Assembly (NCBI GenBank): GCA_944391565.1
Contig: CALXUB010000004.1
Coordinates: forward strand, 46,180 to 110,179
Length of the DNA: 64,000 bases
Source of the DNA: an uncultured Alphaproteobacteria bacterium
Lineage (GTDB): Bacteria; Pseudomonadota; Alphaproteobacteria; CAAHEQ01; UBA3637
Reading direction: 5' to 3'
Part shown: one piece after another, positions 49,967 to 58,643 of the stretch
Layout of the letters: every line of letters begins with the position of its first letter
Position numbering within the stretch: the stretch's first letter is position 1
The notes under the pieces: model-generated
What the model saw: only the letters and a program-made list of their open reading frames with translations
Databases searched by the model: none
Told to the model about the DNA's origin: nothing
Position numbers and translations under genes: made by a program

Positions 49967-50103
49967 GTATAATGAAAATAATTTTTATTTTCAACGTGTT
50001 ATTTTTTTAAAAAATAAAATTGCCCAATTTTTGCCCAATTAAAAAATAAATTTACTTTTTCTTATAAAAAATTATAATATCGTTCTCAAAAGAAGGAGAC
50101 TTT

Positions 50104-50499
50104 ATGAAGTATTGTTTTTTATTATTATTCTTGTTTCTGATCGGTTGCTTTAATGGAGAATCTCTTGAGGAAATTAATAAAGCATCTTCTAAAATAGTTT
50201 TAAATGAGAAATGTGAAAATGTTTCTGCTTTTGAAGTTTTTCAAGTCCTTGATAAATTTGTATTAGCCCATACTTGTGATAGCAATGATTATAAATTTTG
50301 TTCGGGGTTAGTTGTTTACATTATGAAAGAGAAAAATAAAATTTATTATAATGATCAAATTATTCATGTTCCTGACGGTAAATGTCCCGAATATTATGAC
50401 ACGTTTACATATGAAAGTTCTTTAGGGTCAAGAACTGTTCCGAAAGTGAAATGGTCACATAAAGAGATTCATAATTCCGCCAAGAAACAAGAGAAGTGA
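50104..50499 (+). CDS. Small lipoprotein (131 aa), AT-rich, likely prophage cargo
   Basis: The lipobox is LFLIGCFNG. The gene has low GC content and lies between attL and int. Confidence 0.45.
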   Translation: MKYCFLLLFLFLIGCFNGESLEEINKASSKIVLNEKCENVSAFEVFQVLDKFVLAHTCDSNDYKFCSGLVVYIMKEKNKIYYNDQIIHVPDGKCPEYYDTFTYESSLGSRTVPKVKWSHKEIHNSAKKQEK

Positions 50500-50501
50500 A
50501 A

Positions 50502-51602
50502 TCAGATTTTATTAAGTGCAGTTGCTTCATGGTGCTTCGAAAAGGTGGCATAGCGTTGAACCATTTTTATTGATTTCCAACCTCCTAATTTTTGAAGAGT
50601 TAAAAGGTCCATGCCGGACATAATACATCTAGATGCCCAGTCATGTCGCCAGTCGTGAATGCGCATTTTTTTCCCATTGCTGTTTCGAGGGATAAAACCG
50701 TGTCTTTGTTCAAAACGTTTTAATGCTAATGTGTGTGCTTTATGAAGTGGTGTCCCACCTCCTCTTATTCGAGTGTCGCAATATGGAACATTTTTGATTG
50801 TTAAAAAAACTTTTCCAGATTTCGGTTTGTTTGCTCTGATCCATGTTCTTGCTAAAATCCAAAAAGTTTTCCGGTGCATTGGAACGTTTCGTGTTTCTCC
50901 GTTCTTACTTTTTACAATATCAATTGTTCGGTTCGGAAAGTAAACATCAGCCCAATCTAGTTGGAGCAATTCTTGTTCACGAAAGCCTTGAACAGCGTAA
51001 ATTTCAAACATAGGCCGAGCGTGCGTAGAGTAACAATCTAATAAAAGAGTGCGAGTTTCATTATCTAGGTGAAAAACGACATTGTCATTTCCTCTTTTCC
51101 TCGGTAATTTTTGAAATTCAAATCCAAGATCATTTGCCGCACATCTGATTATTGCCATTATCGTGTCCCTATAACGATTTGTTGTTGTTGGTGCCAAGTG
51201 TTGTTTTTCCCTTAGAAAATCTCTCCAGGCTGTTTTAATGTCTGATATGCGTATGTTTGAAAAATAAGGACGTAATATCTCGATTTTATTAATTTCACCG
51301 GCTTTTAACTGGTTATTAATAAGATATATTTCTAAACATTGATCAAATGTTATATCTTGTGGGTGGGACGTATGTCCTGTTTTAATATTGGTCCTAATTT
51401 TTTCTTCTAACTCGTGAGCATATTCCGCTGCTTCTGCTTTTGTAGTAAATCCTGTACTTTGCTCCGGGACGTTAATTGACTGTGAACCAACTTTAATCGT
51501 TCCACGTACCGAGTAGATGCCTTTCTTTCCTCTTTGTCGGATATGTAACACTTTTCTTTTTCCTTTTGTAATGTTTCGAAAATTATTTCCTTGAAGTACC
51601 AC
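50502..51602 (-). CDS. int: Tyrosine-type site-specific integrase
   Basis: The C-terminal catalytic region HDWRHDWASRCIMSGMDLLTLQKLGGWKSIKMVQRYATFS contains the H-x-x-R and terminal Y of the RHRY family. It lies adjacent to the tRNA fragment. Confidence 0.85.
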   Translation of the reverse strand: MVLQGNNFRNITKGKRKVLHIRQRGKKGIYSVRGTIKVGSQSINVPEQSTGFTTKAEAAEYAHELEEKIRTNIKTGHTSHPQDITFDQCLEIYLINNQLKAGEINKIEILRPYFSNIRISDIKTAWRDFLREKQHLAPTTTNRYRDTIMAIIRCAANDLGFEFQKLPRKRGNDNVVFHLDNETRTLLLDCYSTHARPMFEIYAVQGFREQELLQLDWADVYFPNRTIDIVKSKNGETRNVPMHRKTFWILARTWIRANKPKSGKVFLTIKNVPYCDTRIRGGGTPLHKAHTLALKRFEQRHGFIPRNSNGKKMRIHDWRHDWASRCIMSGMDLLTLQKLGGWKSIKMVQRYATFSKHHEATALNKI

Positions 51603-51736
51603 CCGCGACGCATGGGCTTTATCCCTCGTTTATTAAGCCAATTTCTTGTATTTCGAATGGGATTTAATGTCGTATCGTATTTGAGTAAAAAGGCTATCTC
51701 ATTTAAGGATATGGATTGGACTTCTTCAAATTTCAT
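51407..51736 (-). CDS. Possible excisionase/AlpA-like small DNA-binding protein (overlaps int 5' end in another frame)
   Basis: The sequence MKFEEVQSISLNEIAFLLKYDTTLNPIRNTRNWLNKRGIKP has a helix-turn-helix flavour. It overlaps the int start by ~195 nt, so either this ORF or the integrase N-terminus is overcalled. Confidence 0.25.
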   Translation of the reverse strand: MKFEEVQSISLNEIAFLLKYDTTLNPIRNTRNWLNKRGIKPMRRGWYFKEIIFETLQKEKEKCYISDKEERKASTRYVERLKLVHSQLTSRSKVQDLLQKQKQRNMLTS

Positions 51737-52062
51737 TCTTCCTCCTTTACTAGGCATATTTCTTCGATCTCTTCATCTTCAATTTCTGTATCTCCTCGAA
51801 AATCTTCTTCCCAATCCTTATCCGCCTTGTAAGCCTTTTTCTCCGCCTCATCTTCAGAAAAAGCCATAATTTCTAATTCGCATTTAACGGAAACGGATTG
51901 TATTGCATTCATTTTCACCAGATATTTCTTAGGTTTTCCTTCTCGTCTGAAGTTTTCATCGACATGTTTTCGAACAAAATCGGTAAACTTACCATATCCG
52001 GCATCTTTGAAATCATTCAAATCAATTTTTAGGCCATTTTTCGTTGTAATTATCATCTCCAA
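51733..52062 (-). CDS. Acidic hypothetical phage protein (109 aa)
   Basis: It is an ORF of E/D-rich composition lying in the early left operon. Confidence 0.35.
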   Translation of the reverse strand: MEMIITTKNGLKIDLNDFKDAGYGKFTDFVRKHVDENFRREGKPKKYLVKMNAIQSVSVKCELEIMAFSEDEAEKKAYKADKDWEEDFRGDTEIEDEEIEEICLVKEEE

Positions 52063-52283
52063 TCCCCAATTTTGTTAGGAAGGGACAGGTTTTGAGTTTT
52101 TTGTCTTTTCCCGCCGCCTTCCGATGCTTTATTGCACTTTCCCTTCTAAAAAGGCAAAAGCAGACTCTTTCGCCGCAAGAGGAAGGGATTTGTCATTTAT
52201 AACTTTTAAAGCTTCGATAATGCTTTGGGAGTTTGGACATCCGTTGATTTTGACGATTATCAAACTTTCTTTTAAAATATCAG

Positions 52284-52529
52284 TCATTTTCCCTCCGGTT
52301 CAAATTTATTAAAGACGTATTTTGTTTCAATTTTAACGGATTTACCGCATTTGCAATGAAATCCCCATCCGCCTTCTACTTTTGTGGTGATGCCATTTTT
52401 TACGTATGAGACGTCTAATTGATAAAAAAGATCTTTAGTCGACACTCGGTTAGCTCGTCCACAGTATGGGCATAGGCCGTCAAAATTAACGGAAAGCCAT
52501 AACTTTTCCTGAAGCGATAAATTATTCAT
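52284..52529 (-). CDS. Zinc-ribbon protein (81 aa)
   Basis: The CPYCGR ... CKCGKS pair forms a C4 zinc ribbon. Confidence 0.4.
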   Translation of the reverse strand: MNNLSLQEKLWLSVNFDGLCPYCGRANRVSTKDLFYQLDVSYVKNGITTKVEGGWGFHCKCGKSVKIETKYVFNKFEPEGK

Positions 52530-52532
52530 GAT

Positions 52533-52793
52533 TTATACCCTTTCACCATAAAACCATTCTTCCCAAGCTTCAACGATTTCAGGGAAAGCTATTTTCAAGC
52601 GGTGGCGATTGTTTGAATCGGCTTTGCCGATCAGGTCAATGAGTTTACACATAAAAGAGGTGCTTTCTCCTCTTTGCCATTCTTTTATCTGTTCCCGTGC
52701 TTCTTCTTTTGTCATAATGTCTCCTTGTTTCTCTCTTTTTCTTTTAAACTCGCTGGTATTCTTTGACCGATTGAAACATGATCCAACTGGCAA
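52533..52793 (-). CDS. Hypothetical phage protein (86 aa)
   Basis: It is an ORF adjacent to the zinc-ribbon gene in the same operon. Confidence 0.35.
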   Translation of the reverse strand: MPVGSCFNRSKNTSEFKRKREKQGDIMTKEEAREQIKEWQRGESTSFMCKLIDLIGKADSNNRHRLKIAFPEIVEAWEEWFYGERV

Positions 52794-53056
52794 CGGCCTT
52801 TACTCTGTGAGAGAATACCTTTCGTGTGCGAGCAACACGGTTTACTTTTGAAAAAGATAGCCAGTGGAAAGCTAATTCATCGCAACCCTTCGCCATACCG
52901 GCCGGTTTTATATTCCCAAGCATCAACGCGGGATTGGCCTTTTTCGCACGCAACTAAAAGCAACATGACGCTTAACAAAACAATGAAAATGTAAATTGCG
53001 GTGTCTTTGATCATTATTGTTTTTCCTTTTCAAAAGTTTTTTAATCACAAAAGAAT

Positions 53057-53073
53057 TATACGATAATCGTATA
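53057..53073. promoter_or_regulatory. 17-bp palindromic operator TATACGATAATCGTATA (copy 1)
   Basis: This is a perfect inverted repeat. A second copy lies 36 bp downstream and a third lies in the cI/cro intergenic region. Confidence 0.6.
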
Positions 53074-53092
53074 AAATAAGTCAATAGAAAAA

Positions 53093-53109
53093 TATACAAT
53101 AATCGTATA
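53093..53109. promoter_or_regulatory. Operator copy 2, TATACAATAATCGTATA (1 mismatch)
   Basis: It shows the same palindrome family. It is followed by the same AAAATxA flank as copy 1. Confidence 0.55.
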
Positions 53110-53289
53110 AAATGACTAAAAAGGCTCAAAAGCGTATCTTTTTCGAAACAGAATTGCGGAAAGAAGTGGGGGCGAAAAATAACTTTTCGAACTTAAAAAA
53201 ACGAATCGGAGTTAAAAAAATATGAAAAAAAGGATTGACAATACCGCAATAATGACATACAATTTAAATATACAGAAAGGAAAACGAGA

Positions 53290-53487
53290 ATGCCGATACG
53301 ATATACTTTTGAAGATTTGAGAAAAATGATTGAAAAAGACGGGTGGTTCTTAGTGCGGGTTAAAGGAAGTCATATGCAGTTTAAGCATGCATCGAAAGTT
53401 GGGATTGTGACAATCCCTGCTCATCGGGGGATTGTTCCGCCAGGCACAGCAAACAGTATATTGAGGCAGGCAGGTTTGAAAAAATAG
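53290..53487 (+). CDS. hicA: HicA mRNA interferase toxin
   Basis: It is a 65-aa protein. The KGSHMQFKH motif carries the HicA catalytic His. An RBS AAAGGAAA is present. Confidence 0.85.
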   Translation: MPIRYTFEDLRKMIEKDGWFLVRVKGSHMQFKHASKVGIVTIPAHRGIVPPGTANSILRQAGLKK

Positions 53488-53496
53488 GAGGTTGCT

Positions 53497-53925
53497 ATGT
53501 TAAAATACATTGCTTTATTTGAAACGGATAAGGAAACGGGGCAGGTTGGTGTTGTTTTTCCCGACGTGCCGGGATGTTTTTCCGGCGGTTCGAACTTTGA
53601 TGATGCTTTGCGGAATGCACATGAGGCGTTGGCTTTGCATTTGGATGCATTGGCTGATGAAGGGCAAGCTCTTCCGGTTCCTCGGAGTTTGGAGGATATC
53701 AAAAAAGAGTGGGATGAATGGTCAGATTGGCAAAATTATGATTTTCTCGTCTCGCCGGTCAGCTATATTAAGTTTCGTAAGCCTAAAAAGTATACGCTTT
53801 ATTTGGACAGCGATTTGGTCGCAGTTGTCGATTCTGTTTCCAAAAATCGGTCGGCTTTTTTTAACGAAGCGGCAAGAACGGTGTTAGGGCAGAATGTATC
53901 AAAAACGAGATCGCACACACTATAA
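53497..53925 (+). CDS. hicB: HicB antitoxin (RNase H-like N-domain + RHH-like C-term)
   Basis: It starts MLKYIALFETDKETGQVGVVFPDVPGCFSGGSNFDDALRNAHEALALHL. It has an AGGAGG RBS. It lies immediately downstream of hicA. Confidence 0.8.
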   Translation: MLKYIALFETDKETGQVGVVFPDVPGCFSGGSNFDDALRNAHEALALHLDALADEGQALPVPRSLEDIKKEWDEWSDWQNYDFLVSPVSYIKFRKPKKYTLYLDSDLVAVVDSVSKNRSAFFNEAARTVLGQNVSKTRSHTL

Positions 53926-53933
53926 TCCCAACT

Positions 53934-54569
53934 TTATGTCTTGCTTTTGGGCTTTTTCTTACGCGATGTTTTAACGGCCCGAACGTCTGACGTTCCAAAG
54001 GCATCATAACCTGTGAGAGCGTTCACAAAATCCGGCAACTCAATCAGCTCACCATTGTTGTCATATATGTCTTCAATATTTGTGCTGAGAAATGTTCGGC
54101 TGGCATGGCGCAAAAGGCAGGTTCCTTGAAAGTAGAAACGTGTTTTGCCGTCCTTATAAATTTTGTGGAGAATAACGCTTCTTTCTGTATAAACGCCGGC
54201 CGCATTTCGGTAGTTAAAATTGATTGGCAATCCTTCGGCTGATTCCCAGACAATTACGCCGAAGTCTGGAAGGTCAAAATCATCATCTTCTTCCGGTTGC
54301 TGTTTTAGTTGGGGCGTTGGCTTTGGGGTGAACGGTTCTGCTATTTGGTTGCCTTTTATAATAACCTTAACGAGACTAATAATTAAGCCGATAAACAAGG
54401 AAAGCATGAGATAGGAAAGAAGTGCCATTTTAAGATTTTCTTTAAATCCAGCGGAAGAGGAGATAAGAGAAATGATAAAACCCAGGATGCATGGAAATGA
54501 AGCTCCAATAGCTCCTTGTTTTATGCTTTTTGTCATTATCTGCAACGTGATTTCTTGTTCTTTTTTCAT
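53934..54569 (-). CDS. Membrane-anchored protein with WYL-like C-terminal domain (211 aa)
   Basis: Two N-terminal TM helices are followed by INFNYRNAAGVYTERSVILHKIYKDGKTRFYFQGTCLLRHASRTFLSTNIEDI. This fits the WYL-domain pattern (Y.d..G..t.R.v.P..l....g..Y..g.C..r...R.F....I). Confidence 0.4.
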   Translation of the reverse strand: MKKEQEITLQIMTKSIKQGAIGASFPCILGFIISLISSSAGFKENLKMALLSYLMLSLFIGLIISLVKVIIKGNQIAEPFTPKPTPQLKQQPEEDDDFDLPDFGVIVWESAEGLPINFNYRNAAGVYTERSVILHKIYKDGKTRFYFQGTCLLRHASRTFLSTNIEDIYDNNGELIELPDFVNALTGYDAFGTSDVRAVKTSRKKKPKSKT

Positions 54570-54664
54570 GTTTTCTCCTCTTAGATGTATGTTCTTGGTT
54601 TACAATAAAATGTGTGTAAAAGCAATTGGTTAGTCTAAAAATTCGTAATTAATTTTGATAAAAA

Positions 54665-55000
54665 TCAAGTTTTTTTTCGAAAATAAAGAAGCATACGTTC
54701 GTTGGGAAGTTCTTTTGGTGTTTTTAAAAAATACATAATGTGTTTGTATTTAAACCGTGTTATTCCTTTCGTCGAGCTGAAATTCCAGTGCTTCCTCAAA
54801 TATCCATCGATTTTTTGTTCGGTGACGTGAAGTTCTGCGGCTTTTAGAGATATTTCAGACCGTAAAGATTGATATTCATAATAAGTAATGGGGGTCAGAA
54901 AGTAAAGAATAACAGCCAGGCACAGCATAAAAAACACAAAAACAAGATGATAAAAAAAGGTGTTTTTTTTAAAGAAAAAGAAACGGGCGTATTTTTGCAA
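54665..55000 (-). CDS. Small membrane protein (111 aa)
   Basis: It has a hydrophobic N-terminal helix (FYHLVFVFFMLCLAVILYFL). It lies between the WYL-like gene and the repressor. Confidence 0.35.
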   Translation of the reverse strand: MQKYARFFFFKKNTFFYHLVFVFFMLCLAVILYFLTPITYYEYQSLRSEISLKAAELHVTEQKIDGYLRKHWNFSSTKGITRFKYKHIMYFLKTPKELPNERMLLYFRKKT

Positions 55001-55133
55001 TCCGAGAGATTGACGACAAAACAGGACTCGGATTTTGTAAATTGCACCGGTTGCGGTGGCGTTTCATGCGATTTTATGTCTGGAAGATCATTTACAATTT
55101 TTGCGAATTTTTCTTTATCGATCATTAAACTTC

Positions 55134-55607
55134 TCACTGGTTGACTACAGAATGGCGATATGCAAAATCGGCGATATTATAGACTTTTGCTTTTTTCTCC
55201 GCTGCCGGCGTATCTTTGACGTCATCATATATCATGTAGGCAAGCTCTAATCCTAACTGTGCCGGTAATACTTTATGGCGATCCGCTGCCCAATTGGTCA
55301 ACATCTCAATCAGTTCAAATAATTCATCCTTAGGGATATTGTTATTATTGCTGGATGCGTTGTGAGTTGTCGCATTCCAAAGTTCTTCTTCAGATATTCT
55401 TCCAGAAACAAAATCGAGAAAAGCCAATGTATCGAAATTCAAGAAAGATGCTGCTTTTCGCACATGTTCAATTTTTAAGTTCCAGCAACCTTTCTCTAAA
55501 TCTGATAAACGTGGCTGTCGAACGCCAAGCGCAGCGGCTAATTGCGTTTGCGTTTTTCCAAGCTCTTTTAAACGGCGTTTCAGCCAAAAAACTTTTGTCT
55601 CATTCAT
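55134..55607 (-). CDS. cI-like phage repressor (HTH_XRE N-term)
   Basis: The sequence LKRRLKELGKTQTQLAAALGVRQPRLSDLEKG is an XRE-type HTH. It is divergent from the cro-like gene and the operator palindrome lies in the intergenic region. Confidence 0.75.
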   Translation of the reverse strand: MNETKVFWLKRRLKELGKTQTQLAAALGVRQPRLSDLEKGCWNLKIEHVRKAASFLNFDTLAFLDFVSGRISEEELWNATTHNASSNNNNIPKDELFELIEMLTNWAADRHKVLPAQLGLELAYMIYDDVKDTPAAEKKAKVYNIADFAYRHSVVNQ

Positions 55608-55690
55608 AAATTAAATATATCCGAAAATCGAATATAGCACAAGGGGAAAAAAATATTATACGGTTTATGTAAAAAATATATTGACTCATT

Positions 55691-55707
55691 TATACGATTA
55701 TCGTATA
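55691..55707. promoter_or_regulatory. Operator copy 3 TATACGATTATCGTATA overlapping a TTGACT-17bp-TATAGAT promoter for the cro-like gene
   Basis: TTGACT at 55681-86 and TATAGAT at 55704-10 flank the palindrome. The palindrome sits between them. Confidence 0.6.
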
Positions 55708-55730
55708 GATTGGGAAGGTGGGAGGTTGTA

Positions 55731-55940
55731 ATGTCAATCAATTTTAACAAAATTAAGGAAAAAACAAGCTTTCGGAGGTTCGCATCTGAAATGGGTGTGC
55801 CTTATACGACTTTTTTCACATGGTTAAAGAATAAAAAGGTGCCTGTTTGGAGAATCCATCAATTGGAATGTGCGGCCAAACGATTGAATATTGATTTGTC
55901 CGGTTGTCATGAGGTTTCTTGTGAGGATAGAAAAGGTTGA
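55731..55940 (+). CDS. Cro/YdaS-like small HTH protein
   Basis: It has a GGGAGG RBS. The sequence SFRRFASEMGVPYTTFFTWLKNKKVP has an HTH flavour. It lies in the position of lambda cro. Confidence 0.55.
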   Translation: MSINFNKIKEKTSFRRFASEMGVPYTTFFTWLKNKKVPVWRIHQLECAAKRLNIDLSGCHEVSCEDRKG

Positions 55941-56040
55941 TCAAAGTGCTTTTTTTAATTTTATGTGTGTTCAGTTTCTGCCTTTTTTGCGTATTCGTGC
56001 GCGAAATGGCTGAAGCCTTTTTAAACATTGAGGAGGAAGA

Positions 56041-56214
56041 ATGAAAATAAAAGACAAACTACAAACGGCGGCGGCTCGTTTAATAAAAACGGATGTATTG
56101 ATGGCTGAATTATCAAATAGGGACGGGATTTCCTATCGTTGCATCGATAAACAAAACTATCGCATGCGGGTGGCAGGTCCGGCTCAAATTTTAATCAGAA
56201 AGGGAGAAAAATGA
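56041..56214 (+). CDS. Small phage protein (57 aa), sub-threshold ORF
   Basis: It has a strong GAGGAGGAAGA RBS. Its stop overlaps the next gene's start in ATGA, which indicates translational coupling. Confidence 0.4.
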   Translation: MKIKDKLQTAAARLIKTDVLMAELSNRDGISYRCIDKQNYRMRVAGPAQILIRKGEK

Positions 56215-56456
56215 CGCAAATCGATCAAACTGAATCAACTCGTTTGAACTCTTATTTTGACCGAATTGAGCGGTTGGAAGAAGAAGTAAAAGGCATTCGA
56301 GCCGATATTCGGGAAATTTATGCCGAAGCCAAAGGTGATGGATTCGATCCGAAAGTTATGCGACAAGTATTGCGCTTGCGCAAAATGACCCCGGCAGATC
56401 GGGCAGAAGCAGAGTTTTTGTTGGATGCTTACAAATCAGCACTGGGGATGGAATGA
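56211..56456 (+). CDS. DUF2312 (UPF0335) family protein
   Basis: The sequence TESTRLNSYFDRIERLEEEVKGIRADIREIYAEAKGDGFDPKVMRQVLRLRKM is characteristic of this alphaproteobacterial phage-associated family. Confidence 0.7.
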   Translation: MTQIDQTESTRLNSYFDRIERLEEEVKGIRADIREIYAEAKGDGFDPKVMRQVLRLRKMTPADRAEAEFLLDAYKSALGME

Positions 56457-56839
56457 GACTGTTTTTTAAATTTCCGGGTATTCCCGTTCCAAAAGGCAGA
56501 CCGAGGCTGATTGCACCGGGAGTTGTTTATACGCCGGCCAAAACAAAAAGTTATGAAAAATTGATCGGGACGTTGGCACATGTTGGAATGGGTGCAAAAA
56601 AAACTTTGGAAGGTCCGCTTTATGTCGAATTGACGGCCTTTTTGCCGCAGCCAAAACATGCCAAATGCTCTTTGCCCGTTGGAAAACCTGATATCGACAA
56701 TTTATTGAAAAGTGCGTTGGATGGTTTGAATCGAATTGTTTGGCGAGATGACAGTCAAATCTGTCAATTATCGCTGCAAAAACAATATGCCGCGAACCCG
56801 CGGTTGGAGATAAAAGTAGAGGAAATTACATGTATTTAA
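56453..56839 (+). CDS. rusA: RusA-family Holliday junction resolvase
   Basis: The sequence PVPKGRPR...GKPDIDNLLKSALDGLNRIVWRDDSQICQL matches the RusA catalytic core. Its start overlaps the upstream stop in ATGA. Confidence 0.75.
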   Translation: MRLFFKFPGIPVPKGRPRLIAPGVVYTPAKTKSYEKLIGTLAHVGMGAKKTLEGPLYVELTAFLPQPKHAKCSLPVGKPDIDNLLKSALDGLNRIVWRDDSQICQLSLQKQYAANPRLEIKVEEITCI

Positions 56840-56982
56840 AGAAAGAAGATCCGGATACGTATTACTTTTACCGCTACGTTGCTTGGTTGGAACGAGAAAT
56901 TCGTAAACAAGGCCATCGATGGAAAGAAAAGAAACGCCATTTGCGGTGGCTTTTGAATGCGCGCCAAAAAGGGCGTGTTTGA
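56830..56982 (+). CDS. Small basic phage ORF (50 aa), sub-threshold
   Basis: It encodes MYLKKEDPDTYYFYRYVAWLEREIRKQGHRWKEKKRHLRWLLNARQKGRV. It overlaps the end of rusA. Confidence 0.25.
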   Translation: MYLKKEDPDTYYFYRYVAWLEREIRKQGHRWKEKKRHLRWLLNARQKGRV

Positions 56983-57068
56983 CCCGTGGTCGGGAACCGT
57001 GCAGGAAACGGTTAAATAATATGGCGGGATATTCCTGTATGCCCGCCACCTAACAGGAAAGGTTAAAC

Positions 57069-57794
57069 GTGAGAGACAGTTTTATTTTTTATAAAAGTTT
57101 TGCTGAGGCCGCGCAGCTTTTAGGGGACAAAGCGCGTTTAAAACTTTATGACGCAGTTGTAGAGTTGGCTCTAAGTTGTCCCAAAGATGAAGCGGAGTTA
57201 AACCAACTTTGTGCCGAAATTGAAACAAGATTGAAACAATATCGGAACGTTTTTGCGCAATTTTTATTAATTAAGCCTCAAATTATATCTAACCTTTTTA
57301 AATACTTTAACGGTTGCAAAGGGGCAGATTTCGGACATCTCGGGGCTTCATACGGAAGACTTGGCGGACGTCCGAGGAAAAATAACGAAAACCCCCCTAA
57401 TGAAAATGTAAATGTAAATGTAAAAAAAGAAGAAATTCCCAAAGAAAAAAAATCAATAATACAAAATCCGAATTTAGCTAATTCCGAACAGGAAAAGGAA
57501 ATTTTATGTCAAAGGGCGGTCGCGTGGTGGAATACTGTCGCTGAATTTTACGGACTTCCAGGCATCGAAGAAATAACACCGCCTCGTTTTTCAAAGTTGT
57601 CGGCACGGATTAAGCAAGCCGGAACGTTGAAATCTTTCGAAAGGATTGTTGAAAATGCTTTGGCCGGATCGACATTTTTGACAGGCCGACAAGAAAAATC
57701 AACGTGGCGCGCGGATTTTGATTTTTTCCTGCAAGAAAACAGTTTTCAAAAGGCGCGTGAAGGAAGCTATACAGATGTGAAGGAGGCCAGCTAA
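57069..57794 (+). CDS. Hypothetical phage early protein (241 aa)
   Basis: It is an ORF with an RBS (GGAAAGG) and a GTG start. It contains a basic GRLGGRPRKN segment. I cannot assign it. Confidence 0.4.
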   Translation: MRDSFIFYKSFAEAAQLLGDKARLKLYDAVVELALSCPKDEAELNQLCAEIETRLKQYRNVFAQFLLIKPQIISNLFKYFNGCKGADFGHLGASYGRLGGRPRKNNENPPNENVNVNVKKEEIPKEKKSIIQNPNLANSEQEKEILCQRAVAWWNTVAEFYGLPGIEEITPPRFSKLSARIKQAGTLKSFERIVENALAGSTFLTGRQEKSTWRADFDFFLQENSFQKAREGSYTDVKEAS

Positions 57795-58276
57795 TGGGTG
57801 TTGATGATTTGTTTGAAGCACGAAAAGAACGGCAGCGTATTGCGCTTGATTTTCTGTTTAACCGTATCAAAAAAACATATAAAACCTTTGAAATTCCGGA
57901 AGAAGACGAACTGGATGAATGGCTTATCGCTTGTCAAGGGATGAGCCAAGATGAGCTTTTGACGCAATTCAAGCTATACAAAGCCAGTTTCCCATATGAT
58001 GCTCCGCCGACAGCAAAGGTCTTTTTTGAAGCTTCTTCTGCCGGAAAAACAACAATAAATGCATGTTCCAAAGCGATATCGCCCGAAAACGAACTTTATG
58101 AGCTTTTGAAAACGCGCCGCTTTGTCGTTTACGGGGACGTAAAATGGGCATTCCGGCAAATGGTTTCGGATTTTATCGGAATTTACGCTGAACTTCGGAA
58201 TAGTGATTTTGCCACAATTTGCCAAAACATGCGAACAAATGGCTGGTGGGATAAAAAATTGGAAAGATATTTGTAG
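57794..58276 (+). CDS. Hypothetical phage protein (160 aa)
   Basis: It is an ORF coupled to the upstream gene. Confidence 0.4.
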   Translation: MGVDDLFEARKERQRIALDFLFNRIKKTYKTFEIPEEDELDEWLIACQGMSQDELLTQFKLYKASFPYDAPPTAKVFFEASSAGKTTINACSKAISPENELYELLKTRRFVVYGDVKWAFRQMVSDFIGIYAELRNSDFATICQNMRTNGWWDKKLERYL

Positions 58277-58283
58277 CGCGACG

Positions 58284-58643
58284 ATGGGGAAACACAGAAA
58301 GCATAAGACGCATTTACCTGATCGGTTTCCGTTTAAAACGGCGGAAGAAAATGTAATTGCCGGCGTTATTATGCAGGCATGGTGTGATGCTTTTATGCGG
58401 TGTTCCGAACAATCTTATGTCGGCTTTCACGAGAAAAAAGAGCAGAAAACAGCTCGTCAAATGTTTGAGGGTCGTGGAGAGTGGCGGCGGTCTTTGAAGG
58501 ATTTATGCGCGGCCATTCAGATTCAAGATACGGATTTGGTGAAAGCGTATGTTGAATACAAAAAAATGCGTTTGAAAGGTGCTACGAAAATAAGTCCGGC
58601 AAAAGCTGGTATTGCTTTTTTAAAACGATTGAAGGAGGAGTAA
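58284..58643 (+). CDS. Hypothetical phage protein (~119 aa)
   Basis: It is an ORF. I chose the ATG at 58284 to avoid overlap with the previous gene. Confidence 0.35.
   Translation: MGKHRKHKTHLPDRFPFKTAEENVIAGVIMQAWCDAFMRCSEQSYVGFHEKKEQKTARQMFEGRGEWRRSLKDLCAAIQIQDTDLVKAYVEYKKMRLKGATKISPAKAGIAFLKRLKEE

Noticed and set aside
49914-49990. Calling an intact tRNA gene here
   Set aside because: Only the 3' ~53 nt (anticodon arm, T arm, acceptor 3' strand, CCA) are recognisable. The upstream sequence cannot form the 5' acceptor strand (no TACGCCC complement partner) or a D arm. I therefore annotated it as an att-site fragment.
51407-51757. Confident call of an excisionase overlapping the integrase start
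   Set aside because: The 195-nt out-of-frame overlap with int means one of the two is overcalled. I kept it only as a low-confidence feature.
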